Source of the DNA: an uncultured Arcobacter sp.
Lineage (GTDB): Bacteria; Campylobacterota; Campylobacteria; Campylobacterales; Arcobacteraceae
Direction: 5' to 3'
NCBI GenBank assembly: GCA_965140705.1
Contig: OZ223300.1
Coordinates: forward strand, 160,001 to 224,000
Length of the DNA stretch: 64,000 bases
Positions 10,565-19,933 of this stretch are shown piece after piece. The position numbers and the translations under genes were made by a program. Numbering within the stretch: position 1 is the first letter of the stretch; each line of letters opens with the position of its first letter. Below the pieces are notes generated by a model. The model worked only from the letters and a program-made list of their open reading frames with translations. It did no database searches and was not told the DNA's origin.

Positions 10565-11889
10565 ATAATAATCCTTCCCGTTGGGTATTTAAAATGTTTT
10601 GTTTTTGCTTTTCCAACTAATATTAGACCAAAGGCAAAGACTCCAAGTCTTCCTGCTAACATCATAATAACGATAATACTTTTACCTAAAACATCGAACT
10701 CTTGTGAAAAGCTAAGAACTCCACTACCATTACCTGTTGATACTCCTACTGTTCCAAAAGCTGAAACAACTTCAAATAAAATTCTTAAAAAAGGTAAATC
10801 TTGGGTTTCTACTAAAATTAAAGTGGCTAAAAGTACGAAAAAAGATGAAGAGAGAATAATTGCTAGTGCTTTGTTTATAATCTTTTGTTCAATGGTTCTT
10901 TTAAAGATACTTGGTTGTTGGTTACTCTCTTTTAAAATATAAATTACTGTAATAATTAAAATTGCGACTGTAGTTATTTTCATACCACCACCTGTACTTC
11001 CTTGTCCAGCTCCTGTCATCATAAACAAAGTTGAGAAGAAAAGGGAAGACTCTTTTAATCCACCAAGATCAATACTATTAAATCCACTGGTTCTAAAGTT
11101 TATTGAGAGGAAAAAAGCATTTAATATTTTGTCATAAACAGATAATCCTCCAAAAGTCTTAGGATTATTCCACTCAATAGATAAAAATAAAATCATTCCA
11201 GCAACAATCAAAATAACTGTTCCATAAATCATAATTCTTGTATGGATAGTAAATCTTTTTGCAAATCTTCTATTTTCATAAATTTCAATTAAAACAAAAT
11301 AACCCATTCCACCTAAGACAACTAAGATACAAATAGTAACTAAAGATATAGTATCACTTTGATATCCTTCCAAACTATTGGGGAATAAAGAGAATCCCGC
11401 ATTATTAAAAGCACTTACACTATGAAATATCCCATACCAAAGTGAATGTAAAAAATCGTATTTTTTTAGAAATTGGGTAGTTAAAATAATTGCACCAAAC
11501 ATTTCTATGACTAACACCACGGCAAAAATCTTTTTTAAAAACTTTCTTACATGTAGACTTGGTAAGTCTAAAGATTGTCTCATAGCTCTTTTTTCATCTA
11601 TATCCAATCTTTGTCTAAATGATAAAAAGAAAATTATTACTAATGACATATATCCTATTCCACCAATTTGAATAAGAATTAAAATAATAACTTCTCCCAA
11701 AAGAGTAAAATTTTCAGAGGTACTTGTAACAATAAGTCCTGTTACACATGTGGCACTAGTGGCTGTAAAAATAGCATCAATAAAAGCTAAATGTCCTTTA
11801 TGGCAAATAGGTAGAGCTAATACTAAAGCTCCAAAGAATATAACTAATACATATCCTACAAATATAGATCTTACATATTTATGTTCCAC
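10561..11889 (-). CDS. ktrB: TrkH/KtrB-family K+ transporter
   Basis: SATCVTGL, SAFNNAGF, RTSGF, SAFGTVG pore motifs. Confidence 0.85.
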   Translation of the reverse strand: MEHKYVRSIFVGYVLVIFFGALVLALPICHKGHLAFIDAIFTATSATCVTGLIVTSTSENFTLLGEVIILILIQIGGIGYMSLVIIFFLSFRQRLDIDEKRAMRQSLDLPSLHVRKFLKKIFAVVLVIEMFGAIILTTQFLKKYDFLHSLWYGIFHSVSAFNNAGFSLFPNSLEGYQSDTISLVTICILVVLGGMGYFVLIEIYENRRFAKRFTIHTRIMIYGTVILIVAGMILFLSIEWNNPKTFGGLSVYDKILNAFFLSINFRTSGFNSIDLGGLKESSLFFSTLFMMTGAGQGSTGGGMKITTVAILIITVIYILKESNQQPSIFKRTIEQKIINKALAIILSSSFFVLLATLILVETQDLPFLRILFEVVSAFGTVGVSTGNGSGVLSFSQEFDVLGKSIIVIMMLAGRLGVFAFGLILVGKAKTKHFKYPTGRIII

Positions 11890-11901
11890 TAACTAATAAT
11901 C

Positions 11902-12591
11902 CTAATCTTGAGTATAAGAAAATCTATATCCAATACCTGACTCAGTTTTTATATATTTGGGTCTGGTACTGTTTTCTTCAATTTTTTTTCTTAATGTGTT
12001 TACATAAGTTCTTAAATATTGCATTTCAGTTTGATAACCTACACCCCATACTTCATTTAGAATTTGTTTGTGGGTTAATGTTTTGTTTGCATTTATCATA
12101 AAATATTTTAATAACTCATATTCAATAGGGGTCAATTTAAGAACTTCTTTTTTAAATTTTATAGTTCTTGAACTTATATCAAGTTCTAAGTCATTGCAAA
12201 TAAAGTTATTATCAATCTCTTCTTTTGCAATATTTCTTCTTAAATTTGCCCTTATTCTTGCCAATAGCTCATTTACAGAAAATGGTTTAGTAATATAATC
12301 ATCTGCTCCAACATCTAAAGCTGCCACAATCTCTTTTTCATCATGTCTTGCTGTTAGAACGATAATAGGTACTTTTGATATTTCTCTAATTTGTTTTATT
12401 AAATCTTTACCATCACCATCTGGTAAGCCCAAATCAACTATAAGAAGATTTGGATTGTGACTTAAAAACATTATTATACCATTTTTCTTGCTTTCACTTG
12501 AAATAAAATTAAAAGCATACTCTTTAAATGTTATTTCTAATAATCTTTTTACAGAAGAATCATCTTCAATTATGTGTATTAACTCTTTCAT
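11902..12591 (-). CDS. kdpE: KdpE-like OmpR-family response regulator
   Basis: DLGLPDGDG, GADDYITKPF, LTHKQILNEVWG, TESGIGY. Confidence 0.8.
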   Translation of the reverse strand: MKELIHIIEDDSSVKRLLEITFKEYAFNFISSESKKNGIIMFLSHNPNLLIVDLGLPDGDGKDLIKQIREISKVPIIVLTARHDEKEIVAALDVGADDYITKPFSVNELLARIRANLRRNIAKEEIDNNFICNDLELDISSRTIKFKKEVLKLTPIEYELLKYFMINANKTLTHKQILNEVWGVGYQTEMQYLRTYVNTLRKKIEENSTRPKYIKTESGIGYRFSYTQD

Positions 12592-13619
12592 ATTAATTTT
12601 GCTCTTTTTAATACTGGTAGGTTTATCTCTATTAGTATGCCATTATTTTGTGAAATAGCTCTAATTTCTCCATTATGAAGTTTAACTATACTTTTACAAA
12701 TAGCCAAACCAATACCACTTCCTGAGATATCATTTGTATCTTCTACCCTATAAAATTTATCAAATATATTTTTTAATTTTTCTTCATCTAAAAATTCTGT
12801 TTCATTAAATACTTGAATTTTTATGTAATTATTACAATCTAATACTTCAAAATCTATTTTTGTATTGGTAGTTGAATATTTAAATGCATTATCAAGTAAA
12901 TTTACTACTAATTGGGTAAGTAAAGTATTATCTCCCCAAAATAGTCCAGTCTCTTCTATATTTATTATTACTTTATCTTCATTTTGTTTTTGAGAAAACT
13001 CATCTAAAGCAACTCCTATAATATCTTCGAAATCACACCATTGTAGTTTTAAATTAATATCTCCATTTGATAGTCTAGTACTATCAAGAATATTTGTAAT
13101 AAGTCTTTCCATTCTAATAGAAGCGTAATTTATATCTTCTAGTAGGCTATTTTTGTTTGTTTCATTTAAGTCATTGTTTGACAATATTAAGTTAATACTT
13201 CCATGGATTGTTGATAAGGGAGTTCTTAAATCATGGGAAATAATATGTAAAAGACTCTCTCTTAATTCATTTTGTTTCATTTGATTACTTAAACTTTTTG
13301 CTTGATAAGTTATTATCCATCCCACAATTCCAAAAATCAGAAAACTCCAAATATAAAGTTCATTATGTACAGAAAAGCTATATATTGGTGGAATATATAA
13401 AAAATTTAGAAGAACTACGCATAGAACAGTCATAAAAAAAGTAGTTTTTCCTTTTCCATGAATAGCGACTACTATTACAGGAATAATGTGAATAAGTGCA
13501 ATATTTATGATATCTAAAGAGTTTCTGAACATATGGCTAATAATAGTAATGATTAGTAAGATACCTAGGGCTTTTAATATGTAATTGTATTGTCTATAGG
13601 GAAAGAGTAAGTTTTTCAT
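12588..13619 (-). CDS. Short KdpD-like sensor kinase (4-TM domain + HisKA/HATPase; no N-terminal KdpD/Usp domains)
   Basis: NFLYIPPIYSF TM motif, SHDLRTPL, GSGIGLAIC. Confidence 0.75.
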   Translation of the reverse strand: MKNLLFPYRQYNYILKALGILLIITIISHMFRNSLDIINIALIHIIPVIVVAIHGKGKTTFFMTVLCVVLLNFLYIPPIYSFSVHNELYIWSFLIFGIVGWIITYQAKSLSNQMKQNELRESLLHIISHDLRTPLSTIHGSINLILSNNDLNETNKNSLLEDINYASIRMERLITNILDSTRLSNGDINLKLQWCDFEDIIGVALDEFSQKQNEDKVIINIEETGLFWGDNTLLTQLVVNLLDNAFKYSTTNTKIDFEVLDCNNYIKIQVFNETEFLDEEKLKNIFDKFYRVEDTNDISGSGIGLAICKSIVKLHNGEIRAISQNNGILIEINLPVLKRAKLI

Positions 13620-13620
13620 C

Positions 13621-13701
13621 TCATGCTTTAAAAAGTTTTATTATTAAAAGAAGTATTAAAAAAGATAAAATGGAAAGCATAATTATATTTGGCGTTGTCA
13701 T
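13621..13701 (-). CDS. Unannotated 26-aa hydrophobic peptide (KdpF-like), MTTPNIIMLSILSFLILLLIIKLFKA
   Basis: Translated by hand; single TM-like stretch; stop is 1 nt before the sensor-kinase ATG. Confidence 0.5.
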   Translation of the reverse strand: MTTPNIIMLSILSFLILLLIIKLFKA

Positions 13702-13736
13702 ATTTTTCTCTTTTCTTTTAAATAAGGTGTGTTACT

Positions 13737-13803
13737 ATTATATTTTTTCTTATCTAAAGAAAAAATCAAAAAATAAATTTAAATATAAAGATTTTATAAA
13801 GAT
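13737..13803 (-). promoter_or_regulatory. KdpE-type direct repeat and -10 box
   Basis: Minus strand ATCTTTATA-aa-ATCTTTATA (TTTATA-N5-TTTATA) at 13784-13803; TATAAT at 13737-13742. Confidence 0.55.
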
Positions 13804-13841
13804 AAATATTAGAGGTATAAAAGGTTTTTCCTCTAATATTT
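13804..13841 (-). terminator. Hairpin downstream of MCP gene
   Basis: AAATATTAGAGG-N14-CCTCTAATATTT. Confidence 0.6.
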
Positions 13842-13857
13842 GTTTGCAACTTATAAG

Positions 13858-15321
13858 TTATTTAGTATTCTGATTCATCTCTTTTGCTTTAACATCATTT
13901 TTACCAATAAACTCTTTCTCATTTGCTTCTGAAACAATAAGTTTAGCAATAGTATCTGTTGTTGTTGCTATATCATGGGTTTGAGATGCAATCATCGCAT
14001 TTTGTTGAGTTTGTTGATCAAGTTGGTTTACTGCTGAATTTATTTGCTCTATACCAGTTTGTTGTTCTTTACTTGACATTTCAATATCTGAAATTAGATT
14101 TATAGTTTCTTGAATAGATTTATTTAATTCTTTATATCCTTCTATCATATTTCCAGCTATATTTTTACCCTCATTTGCTTTTGAAGTAGCATTTTCAACT
14201 AATGTTTTTATCTCTTTTGCTGCTTCTGCTGAACGAGAAGCTAAGTTTCTTACTTCTTGTGCAACGACTGCAAAGCCTTTACCTGCTTCCCCAGCAGTTG
14301 CAGCTTCTACTGCTGCATTTAAAGATAAAATATTTGTTTGAAATGCAATTTGGTCAATTACACTAATTGCTTCACTAATAGAGTTAACTTGATCATTTAT
14401 TTCATCCATTGCAACTGTTGTTTGATTTGCAAGTTTTTCTCCATTTGATACAGAAGTTGTAACATTAGTTGAATTACTTGCCATTTTTGCAATATTTTGA
14501 GTATTGTTTCTAATATTTGAAGTTATCTCTTCTAAAGCTGCTGCTGTTTCTTCTAAACTTGCTGCTGCTTCATTTGAACTTTGATTTAATTTATCAACAT
14601 TTGCTAAAAGTAAATCTGAACCTTTATCAAGTGTCAATCCATTTGCTTTATTTTCTACTAACATTTCATTTACAACATTGGCAAGGTTGTTTAATCCATC
14701 CGCCACTTCCCCTAAATTGTTCCCATCTATTCTATGGGTAAAGTTTAATTTTTGAAAAGATACTAGGGCTGCTGAAATTTTATTTAAATTACCATCTACT
14801 TTAGTAGATACAATCTCAAACAACTCATTAATTCCATTTTTAAGACCTTCTACTCCTTCATTTTGTGTTGTCTCTTTTATGGTTTGTTTCATAATACCTG
14901 TTTTTGCTATATCAACAGCTTTTTTAACAGCATCTATTACTTTTTTAGATTCAGTAATATCTTGTGCAAATTTTACAACACGAGTAACTTTCCCACTACT
15001 ATTTTTTACAGGAGTATATGAAGCTTGAATCCAAACAGAAGTACCATCTTTTCTAATTCTTTCAAATTCATTTATTTGAGACAAGCCCTTATTTAAACTC
15101 TCCCAAAATTCACTATATTCTTTTGTAGTTACATATGTTTTATCACAAAACATTCTATGATGATTACCAACTGTTTCTTCTAACTTATAACCTAAGACAT
15201 TTAGAAAGTTATGATTTGCATGTATTATTGTTCCATCTGGCTTAAATGATATGATTGCATAGTTTTCTTCCATTGCAGCTAGTCTTGCTATTTCTTCTTC
15301 TGTTTTTCCAAAATTAAACAT
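13858..15321 (-). CDS. Cytoplasmic PAS-domain methyl-accepting chemotaxis protein
   Basis: N-terminal PAS (WIQASYTPV); MCP core [30 protein letters not shown]; no TM segment. Confidence 0.9.
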   Translation of the reverse strand: MFNFGKTEEEIARLAAMEENYAIISFKPDGTIIHANHNFLNVLGYKLEETVGNHHRMFCDKTYVTTKEYSEFWESLNKGLSQINEFERIRKDGTSVWIQASYTPVKNSSGKVTRVVKFAQDITESKKVIDAVKKAVDIAKTGIMKQTIKETTQNEGVEGLKNGINELFEIVSTKVDGNLNKISAALVSFQKLNFTHRIDGNNLGEVADGLNNLANVVNEMLVENKANGLTLDKGSDLLLANVDKLNQSSNEAAASLEETAAALEEITSNIRNNTQNIAKMASNSTNVTTSVSNGEKLANQTTVAMDEINDQVNSISEAISVIDQIAFQTNILSLNAAVEAATAGEAGKGFAVVAQEVRNLASRSAEAAKEIKTLVENATSKANEGKNIAGNMIEGYKELNKSIQETINLISDIEMSSKEQQTGIEQINSAVNQLDQQTQQNAMIASQTHDIATTTDTIAKLIVSEANEKEFIGKNDVKAKEMNQNTK

Positions 15322-15460
15322 AAGAATCCTTTATTATTAATATTACTTCATTTTATTATTTTCTTAAATATAATATCTAATATTATCTTTAATAAAAATA
15401 TTTAGTAGTTGTTTTATGTCATTTAGTATTGTAAAAGAGAGCCTATATAAAAGGAAGAGT

Positions 15461-16708
15461 TTATAAATTCTCTACTTTATAAAGTTTCTTTCTCTCTTTT
15501 GATGAGGGCATATCTAGCATTTTTCTGTATTTTGTAATAGTACGTCTTACCATTTCTAGATTAAACTTTTCTTGAATAGCGTCTAATATATCTTGGTCTG
15601 TTAGTGGTGCCTCTTTATCTTCATATTCAACAAGGCTTTTTATGTAGTTTTTTATCTCTGAAGAGGATAAATCTTTATTATTAACTGCATTTGAAAAAAA
15701 GTGTTTTAAAGGAAAAATTCCTAAAGAACACTCAATATATTTGTTTGCTACAGCTCTTGAAATTGTTGATTCTGCAAAACCAATCTCATTTGCTAATTCT
15801 TGCATAGAGTAGGGTCTTAGTTCACCACCCACAAAAAATGAAATTTGTTTTTCAACAATTAAAAGAACTATTTTATATAGAGTTGATTTTCGTAAACCTA
15901 ATAAGTTTACTAAATCCCTTGCTTCTTTTAGTTTCTCTTTTATACCCTCATTTTTAGAATTAAAAGCATCTTTTACTTCTAAATCTGGATAATAAGCATG
16001 ATTTATTTTGATATTGATATCTTCACCAATATCTACAAAAAAATCAGGAATAATTTGTACATTGTTATTCATATAGTTTACAGCAGGGGGATTATTAAAG
16101 TATTTTATTATCTCTTTTGCATCTTCAAATCTATGGTGTGCTGCATACTTATCCAAGTGAGAGATATCTTTAATAATCTTTTTTATGAAGTTATATAATT
16201 CATCATCAATTTTTTTATCACAGGCATCTAATTGAAAAAGAAATGACTCTGATAAATCTCTTGATCCAATTCCACTTGGTTCTAAAAGTGAAAATCTTTG
16301 TCTTATAGATTCAACATACTCTTTATATACATTACATGTTTTAGCTATTTTTTCTATATCTCCTTCAAAATATCCCTCTTCATTTATATCACAAATAATC
16401 TCCATAGCTACTTTTTGAGAGTTTGGAGTTGAAAAATTTGGAGCACATATTTGTTCACTTATTACATCATTTAAAGACTCGTTATAAATTGCCAAAGATT
16501 CAATAAACTCTCCACTAGTTCCTTGTGGCATAAAGTTTGCATAAAACTCTTTTGGTTTTTTAATTTCCAAAAATGGATTTTCATAAGAGACATTTTTTAG
16601 ATGTTTCTCTAGGTCTTGAAGTGAAGATTGTAGCATTGGTAGCCACAGTTTCAAAGATAAGTTAAGATTTTGCTTTTGTGAAGCTGAAGTTGATAATGTT
16701 TGTGCCAT
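15461..16708 (-). CDS. rpoN: RNA polymerase sigma-54 factor
   Basis: Region I (LPMLQ...ENPFLE), ESTISRA HTH, RpoN box VRRTITKYR. Confidence 0.92.
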   Translation of the reverse strand: MAQTLSTSASQKQNLNLSLKLWLPMLQSSLQDLEKHLKNVSYENPFLEIKKPKEFYANFMPQGTSGEFIESLAIYNESLNDVISEQICAPNFSTPNSQKVAMEIICDINEEGYFEGDIEKIAKTCNVYKEYVESIRQRFSLLEPSGIGSRDLSESFLFQLDACDKKIDDELYNFIKKIIKDISHLDKYAAHHRFEDAKEIIKYFNNPPAVNYMNNNVQIIPDFFVDIGEDINIKINHAYYPDLEVKDAFNSKNEGIKEKLKEARDLVNLLGLRKSTLYKIVLLIVEKQISFFVGGELRPYSMQELANEIGFAESTISRAVANKYIECSLGIFPLKHFFSNAVNNKDLSSSEIKNYIKSLVEYEDKEAPLTDQDILDAIQEKFNLEMVRRTITKYRKMLDMPSSKERKKLYKVENL

Positions 16709-16761
16709 TATGATATTTTGCCCAAATTCAGAAAGAATTTGGACATTTCCTTGTTTATTTT

Positions 16762-17058
16762 TTAATACTTAATTCTAATAACACCATTAGGCTTAACTAT
16801 TTTCATTTGGCAAGACAATCTTGTTTTATCAGTTGCTGTACCTACACAATTCTCTTTGATTACTTTAATTTCTTTTTCATTTATTGGAGAAATAAACTCC
16901 ATACCTTGTTCAATTTCAACTACACATGTTCCACATTCTCCATCTCTACATCCAAAAGGTAAAGCTGAACCTGATGCTTCAACAACATCTTGAATTGTAC
17001 TCCCTGGTTTAACATTTATTGCTAAAAAATCGTTTATTATTTCTACTCTAGTTGTCAT
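16762..17058 (-). CDS. [2Fe-2S] ferredoxin
   Basis: PFGCRDGECGTC ... RLSCQ. Confidence 0.9.
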   Translation of the reverse strand: MTTRVEIINDFLAINVKPGSTIQDVVEASGSALPFGCRDGECGTCVVEIEQGMEFISPINEKEIKVIKENCVGTATDKTRLSCQMKIVKPNGVIRIKY

Positions 17059-17064
17059 TTATTT

Positions 17065-17215
17065 TCCTTTTAAATTGTCCCAATATTGCTACTCCCCTTG
17101 AAATACTGTTTCAATAGGAGCCCAGCAAAGGGATCTAAATTTATTAACTTCTTTTTACACAGGAAATAAATTCCTTTAAAAGAAGCAAACCCTAAAGGGA
17201 ACAACGAATTGTTCC
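17065..17215 (-). ncRNA. Candidate structured intergenic RNA motif, copy 2 (third hairpin extended)
   Basis: GGAACAA-uucg-UUGUUCC, CUUUAG-GG-UUUG, second hairpin, UCCC...GGGA stem next to the RBS. Confidence 0.55.
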
Positions 17216-17256
17216 TTTTCAATCTTCTTTACTTTTATCAGACGAATCTACTTTTT

Positions 17257-17598
17257 TTATTTTAATATATATGGTTTTACTAAAATATCACCTTTGATTA
17301 ACATCATTGGTGCAATTCTAACTTTTGGGCTGATTGTAAATTGTTGACATTGTAAAGCTTCATCAGAAGTGATTGCTCCCAATTTAACTAATACATCTAA
17401 CTCTTCATCTTCCATATAACTTGTAGGTTCTTCATCTGCAAGATTTTCAACATAGATTAAACTTTTTGCATAATCTTTCGTATCAGATACAAGAGGAACA
17501 CCTTTCTCTTTAGCCAATCTAACAATTGGTTCACCGATTTTTGCATCATAAATACCATCAGTAACAGTATCAAAATGCATAAAAATAACTTTTGCCAT
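17257..17598 (-). CDS. FeSII/ferredoxin-fold-like protein lacking the cluster cysteines
   Basis: Aligns by eye end-to-end with recalled A. vinelandii FeSII; no CX4CX2C motif. Confidence 0.55.
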   Translation of the reverse strand: MAKVIFMHFDTVTDGIYDAKIGEPIVRLAKEKGVPLVSDTKDYAKSLIYVENLADEEPTSYMEDEELDVLVKLGAITSDEALQCQQFTISPKVRIAPMMLIKGDILVKPYILK

Positions 17599-17689
17599 AT
17601 TTTGTCTCCTTTTTTAGCTTGTTTTCTTCATACAAACCAAGCCATATGATAAAGTTCTAAAAACTCTTTCATCTGACTTGGTTAATAAT

Positions 17690-18088
17690 TTAATCTTTTG
17701 AATAGTATTTTTCTCTATGTTTCCTCATAAATTCTAACTCTTCTTCTACTTCATCCCTATAATCTTCCATTGCTTCTAGTTCATGTTCTCTACACCCTAC
17801 TATTTCAACTGGAACATCCAAAAGACCTAAAAAGTGAACTTCATATACTCGAATTACTTGTAAAAAATCACCCATAGATTTGATATATCCAATCGCACCT
17901 GCTGGCATTAGTTGTGCTCCAATTGGTGCATGGGGATAGGTTCCATCATTGACTATCTCTTTTAGAAGTTTAACTTTTTGACCTATTCCAAACTTTGGTT
18001 TGTCTTCATCTTTTCCTGAACGACCTGCTGTTACACTATCATGAAGAGGTGTGTTAGCATCTACGATATCTTTATGATCAACACCCAC
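17690..18088 (-). CDS. nifZ: Nitrogen fixation protein NifZ
   Basis: GQKV...NDGTYP...G.FLQ..VY.VHF...VGCREHEL. Confidence 0.9.
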   Translation of the reverse strand: MGVDHKDIVDANTPLHDSVTAGRSGKDEDKPKFGIGQKVKLLKEIVNDGTYPHAPIGAQLMPAGAIGYIKSMGDFLQVIRVYEVHFLGLLDVPVEIVGCREHELEAMEDYRDEVEEELEFMRKHREKYYSKD

Positions 18089-18413
18089 AACTTCCTCCTG
18101 CTCCTGTTGGACTTGGACTACAAGAAGAACAACCTTCTAATTTCCCAGTCTCATACATATTCCAAACATCTGCAGCACTTGGTGAGTGTCCATTTTTATA
18201 ATCACCATAAACTCTCAACAGAGAAAATTTCAAAAATTCTAAAAGTTTATTTTCTTCAGTAATTGAAGATAAACCTTTTTTTATAAGTGTTCCATACTCT
18301 TTCATCATATGAAATCTTTTTACATTGATTAGTTTTTGGTCAAAATCTATATCAAAAAATTTAAAAAAATCTTCTGTATCTCTCAATTTATAAAACTCTT
18401 CTATTGTTTTCAT
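18078..18413 (-). CDS. nifW: Nitrogenase-stabilising protein NifW
   Basis: EDFFKFFDIDFD...NVKRFHMM; start moved to the ATG at 18413 after AAGGA RBS. Confidence 0.8.
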   Translation of the reverse strand: MKTIEEFYKLRDTEDFFKFFDIDFDQKLINVKRFHMMKEYGTLIKKGLSSITEENKLLEFLKFSLLRVYGDYKNGHSPSAADVWNMYETGKLEGCSSCSPSPTGAGGSCGC

Positions 18414-18419
18414 TTTATA

Positions 18420-18535
18420 TCCTTTAAAATGTCCCATTTTAAAGGGACCTTATTTTATTTTTCATCTACTTTTTAACAGGATTTGTGAAAAATCCTTAAA
18501 AGTAGCAAAAACTAAAGGGTTTTAAGAATAAAACC
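18420..18535 (-). ncRNA. Candidate structured intergenic RNA motif, copy 3 (flavodoxin to nifW)
   Basis: GGUUUUA-uucu-UAAAACC, CUUUAG-UU-UUUG, AGGAUUU/AAAUCCU stem, GUCCC/GGGAC stem. Confidence 0.6.
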
Positions 18536-18540
18536 TTTTT

Positions 18541-19056
18541 TTAAGCTGGAATCTCTTCTTTTAAAGAGTCAATCCATTTTGATACTCTTATTTCTGTTTT
18601 ATCTTTTTCATTGTGTTCGTCTATTGCTAAACCACAAAGTTTTCCATCTATTTCTGCTTGTGAATATTCATACTTATAATCACTTGCATCTACAAAACCA
18701 ACAACATTTGCTCCAGCAGCTGTAAAGGTTTTGTAAAGTTTTCCTAAAGCTGAACAGAAGTGTTCACCATGTTTTACACTATCTCCTGCCCCAAATAAGG
18801 CAATAGTTTTCCCTGAAAAATCAATACCATCTGATTCTATTTCAAGTAAAGGATCAACCCACTCAAAATATACATCACCTTGTCCCCAAGTAGAACTTCC
18901 AATGAAAAGAACATCATGTTCAAGCATTTGATCTATATCATCAAAATCTTCTTCCATATTAATCACTTCTTCCACATCAAAAGCTTCTGCTAAAGCATTT
19001 GCAACTATCATAGATGTTCCACCTGCTGTTCCACAAAAAATTCCAATATTTGCCAT
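18541..19056 (-). CDS. nifF: Long-chain flavodoxin (NifF-like)
   Basis: GTAGGTS FMN loop, GSSTWGQG, ALFGAGD, GLAIDE. Confidence 0.8.
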   Translation of the reverse strand: MANIGIFCGTAGGTSMIVANALAEAFDVEEVINMEEDFDDIDQMLEHDVLFIGSSTWGQGDVYFEWVDPLLEIESDGIDFSGKTIALFGAGDSVKHGEHFCSALGKLYKTFTAAGANVVGFVDASDYKYEYSQAEIDGKLCGLAIDEHNEKDKTEIRVSKWIDSLKEEIPA

Positions 19057-19073
19057 ACTTATGTCTCCTTTAT

Positions 19074-19505
19074 TTATACATTCTTATATTTATTGTAAGT
19101 CTCTTCTGCTTTTACAAGATACTTTTCACCCTCTTTTAACAAATCCTCATATGTTCTAAATGAAAATCTATGAGCATCTTTAAAAAATTTCTCAGCTAAT
19201 ACAATTTTTCCTGCAAAAACTACAACTCTTCCAAATCCTTCATGACTCATCTCCATTACAACTGAGCACATTACACCTGTTAGTTTTTCAAAAGCCAAAG
19301 CAACAGCTTGGAATACAAGTCTTATATCTTTGATTTGCATCTCATCTATATCTGCAATAATTGGAATGTTTTTTAAGTCCTCTTTAGTTCTTACATATTT
19401 TTCCACTAGTAAGTCTTCATCACTTTTATTAACCCATGTTCCAAATTGATCTAAGGCTCTAACTTGTCCAATTAGTGTTACTTTAAAAAGTTCTTTTTTA
19501 TCCAT
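19074..19505 (-). CDS. NifX-associated nitrogen fixation protein (DUF269-like)
   Basis: RALDQFGTW, MSHEGFGR, DAHRFSF. Confidence 0.85.
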   Translation of the reverse strand: MDKKELFKVTLIGQVRALDQFGTWVNKSDEDLLVEKYVRTKEDLKNIPIIADIDEMQIKDIRLVFQAVALAFEKLTGVMCSVVMEMSHEGFGRVVVFAGKIVLAEKFFKDAHRFSFRTYEDLLKEGEKYLVKAEETYNKYKNV

Positions 19506-19900
19506 TATGAGGCCTTTTTTTCTATAATTTTTTTGATAAAAGGAGGAGGATTTGTATTTAACATATCCTTTAGTTTTTTTACTTCTTCATCTATTGAGAC
19601 AACTTCTTTATACTTAATAGTGAAGATTCCATTATTGATAAGTTTTGCAGCTGCTATTGCTCCCACATTTGTAAAATATACAATGTCAACACCTTCTAAA
19701 AGTGCTACTGTTTTATCCGTATCTTTTTCAAGTACTTTTTTTATCTCACACATTGTTGATTGCTCTTTACTTATTTCATAAATAGCAAACTGTTTTGCAC
19801 TACCAAAGTGAGAATCAATGTTCTCTAAATCAGTAGTTGCAAAAGCAACTTTTATAGTACCTTCTTGAGAGTCATTTGTTGTGATTTTAATACTGCTCAT
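19505..19900 (-). CDS. nifX: FeMo-co biosynthesis protein NifX
   Basis: KVAFAT...DSHFGSA...IGA-like, PPPF C-terminus; directly upstream of DUF269 gene. Confidence 0.8.
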   Translation of the reverse strand: MSSIKITTNDSQEGTIKVAFATTDLENIDSHFGSAKQFAIYEISKEQSTMCEIKKVLEKDTDKTVALLEGVDIVYFTNVGAIAAAKLINNGIFTIKYKEVVSIDEEVKKLKDMLNTNPPPFIKKIIEKKAS

Positions 19901-19933
19901 TTTTTTGTCCTAAAATAAATTTAAATAGATATA

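Noticed and set aside
13670..13873. 67-aa plus-strand ORF
   Set aside because: Low complexity, overlaps the predicted promoter, terminator and minus-strand peptide; probably spurious
17628..17672. 14-codon ORF MKEFLELYHMAWFV between nifZ and the FeSII-like gene
   Set aside because: No RBS; sequence better explained by the hairpin
18414..18437. ORF-track N-terminal extension of NifW (similar extensions at 28587, 31882, 35358, 39542, 48362, 54127)
   Set aside because: Downstream ATGs fit the RBS position or family N-terminus better; some extensions overlap RNA or promoter elements
18466..18540. Plus-strand GCAAAAACTAAAGGG in the nif RNA motif resembles part of a c-di-GMP-I riboswitch
   Set aside because: Antisense to the genes; lacks the 5' GGCAAA segment and the 3' closing strand; spacing differs
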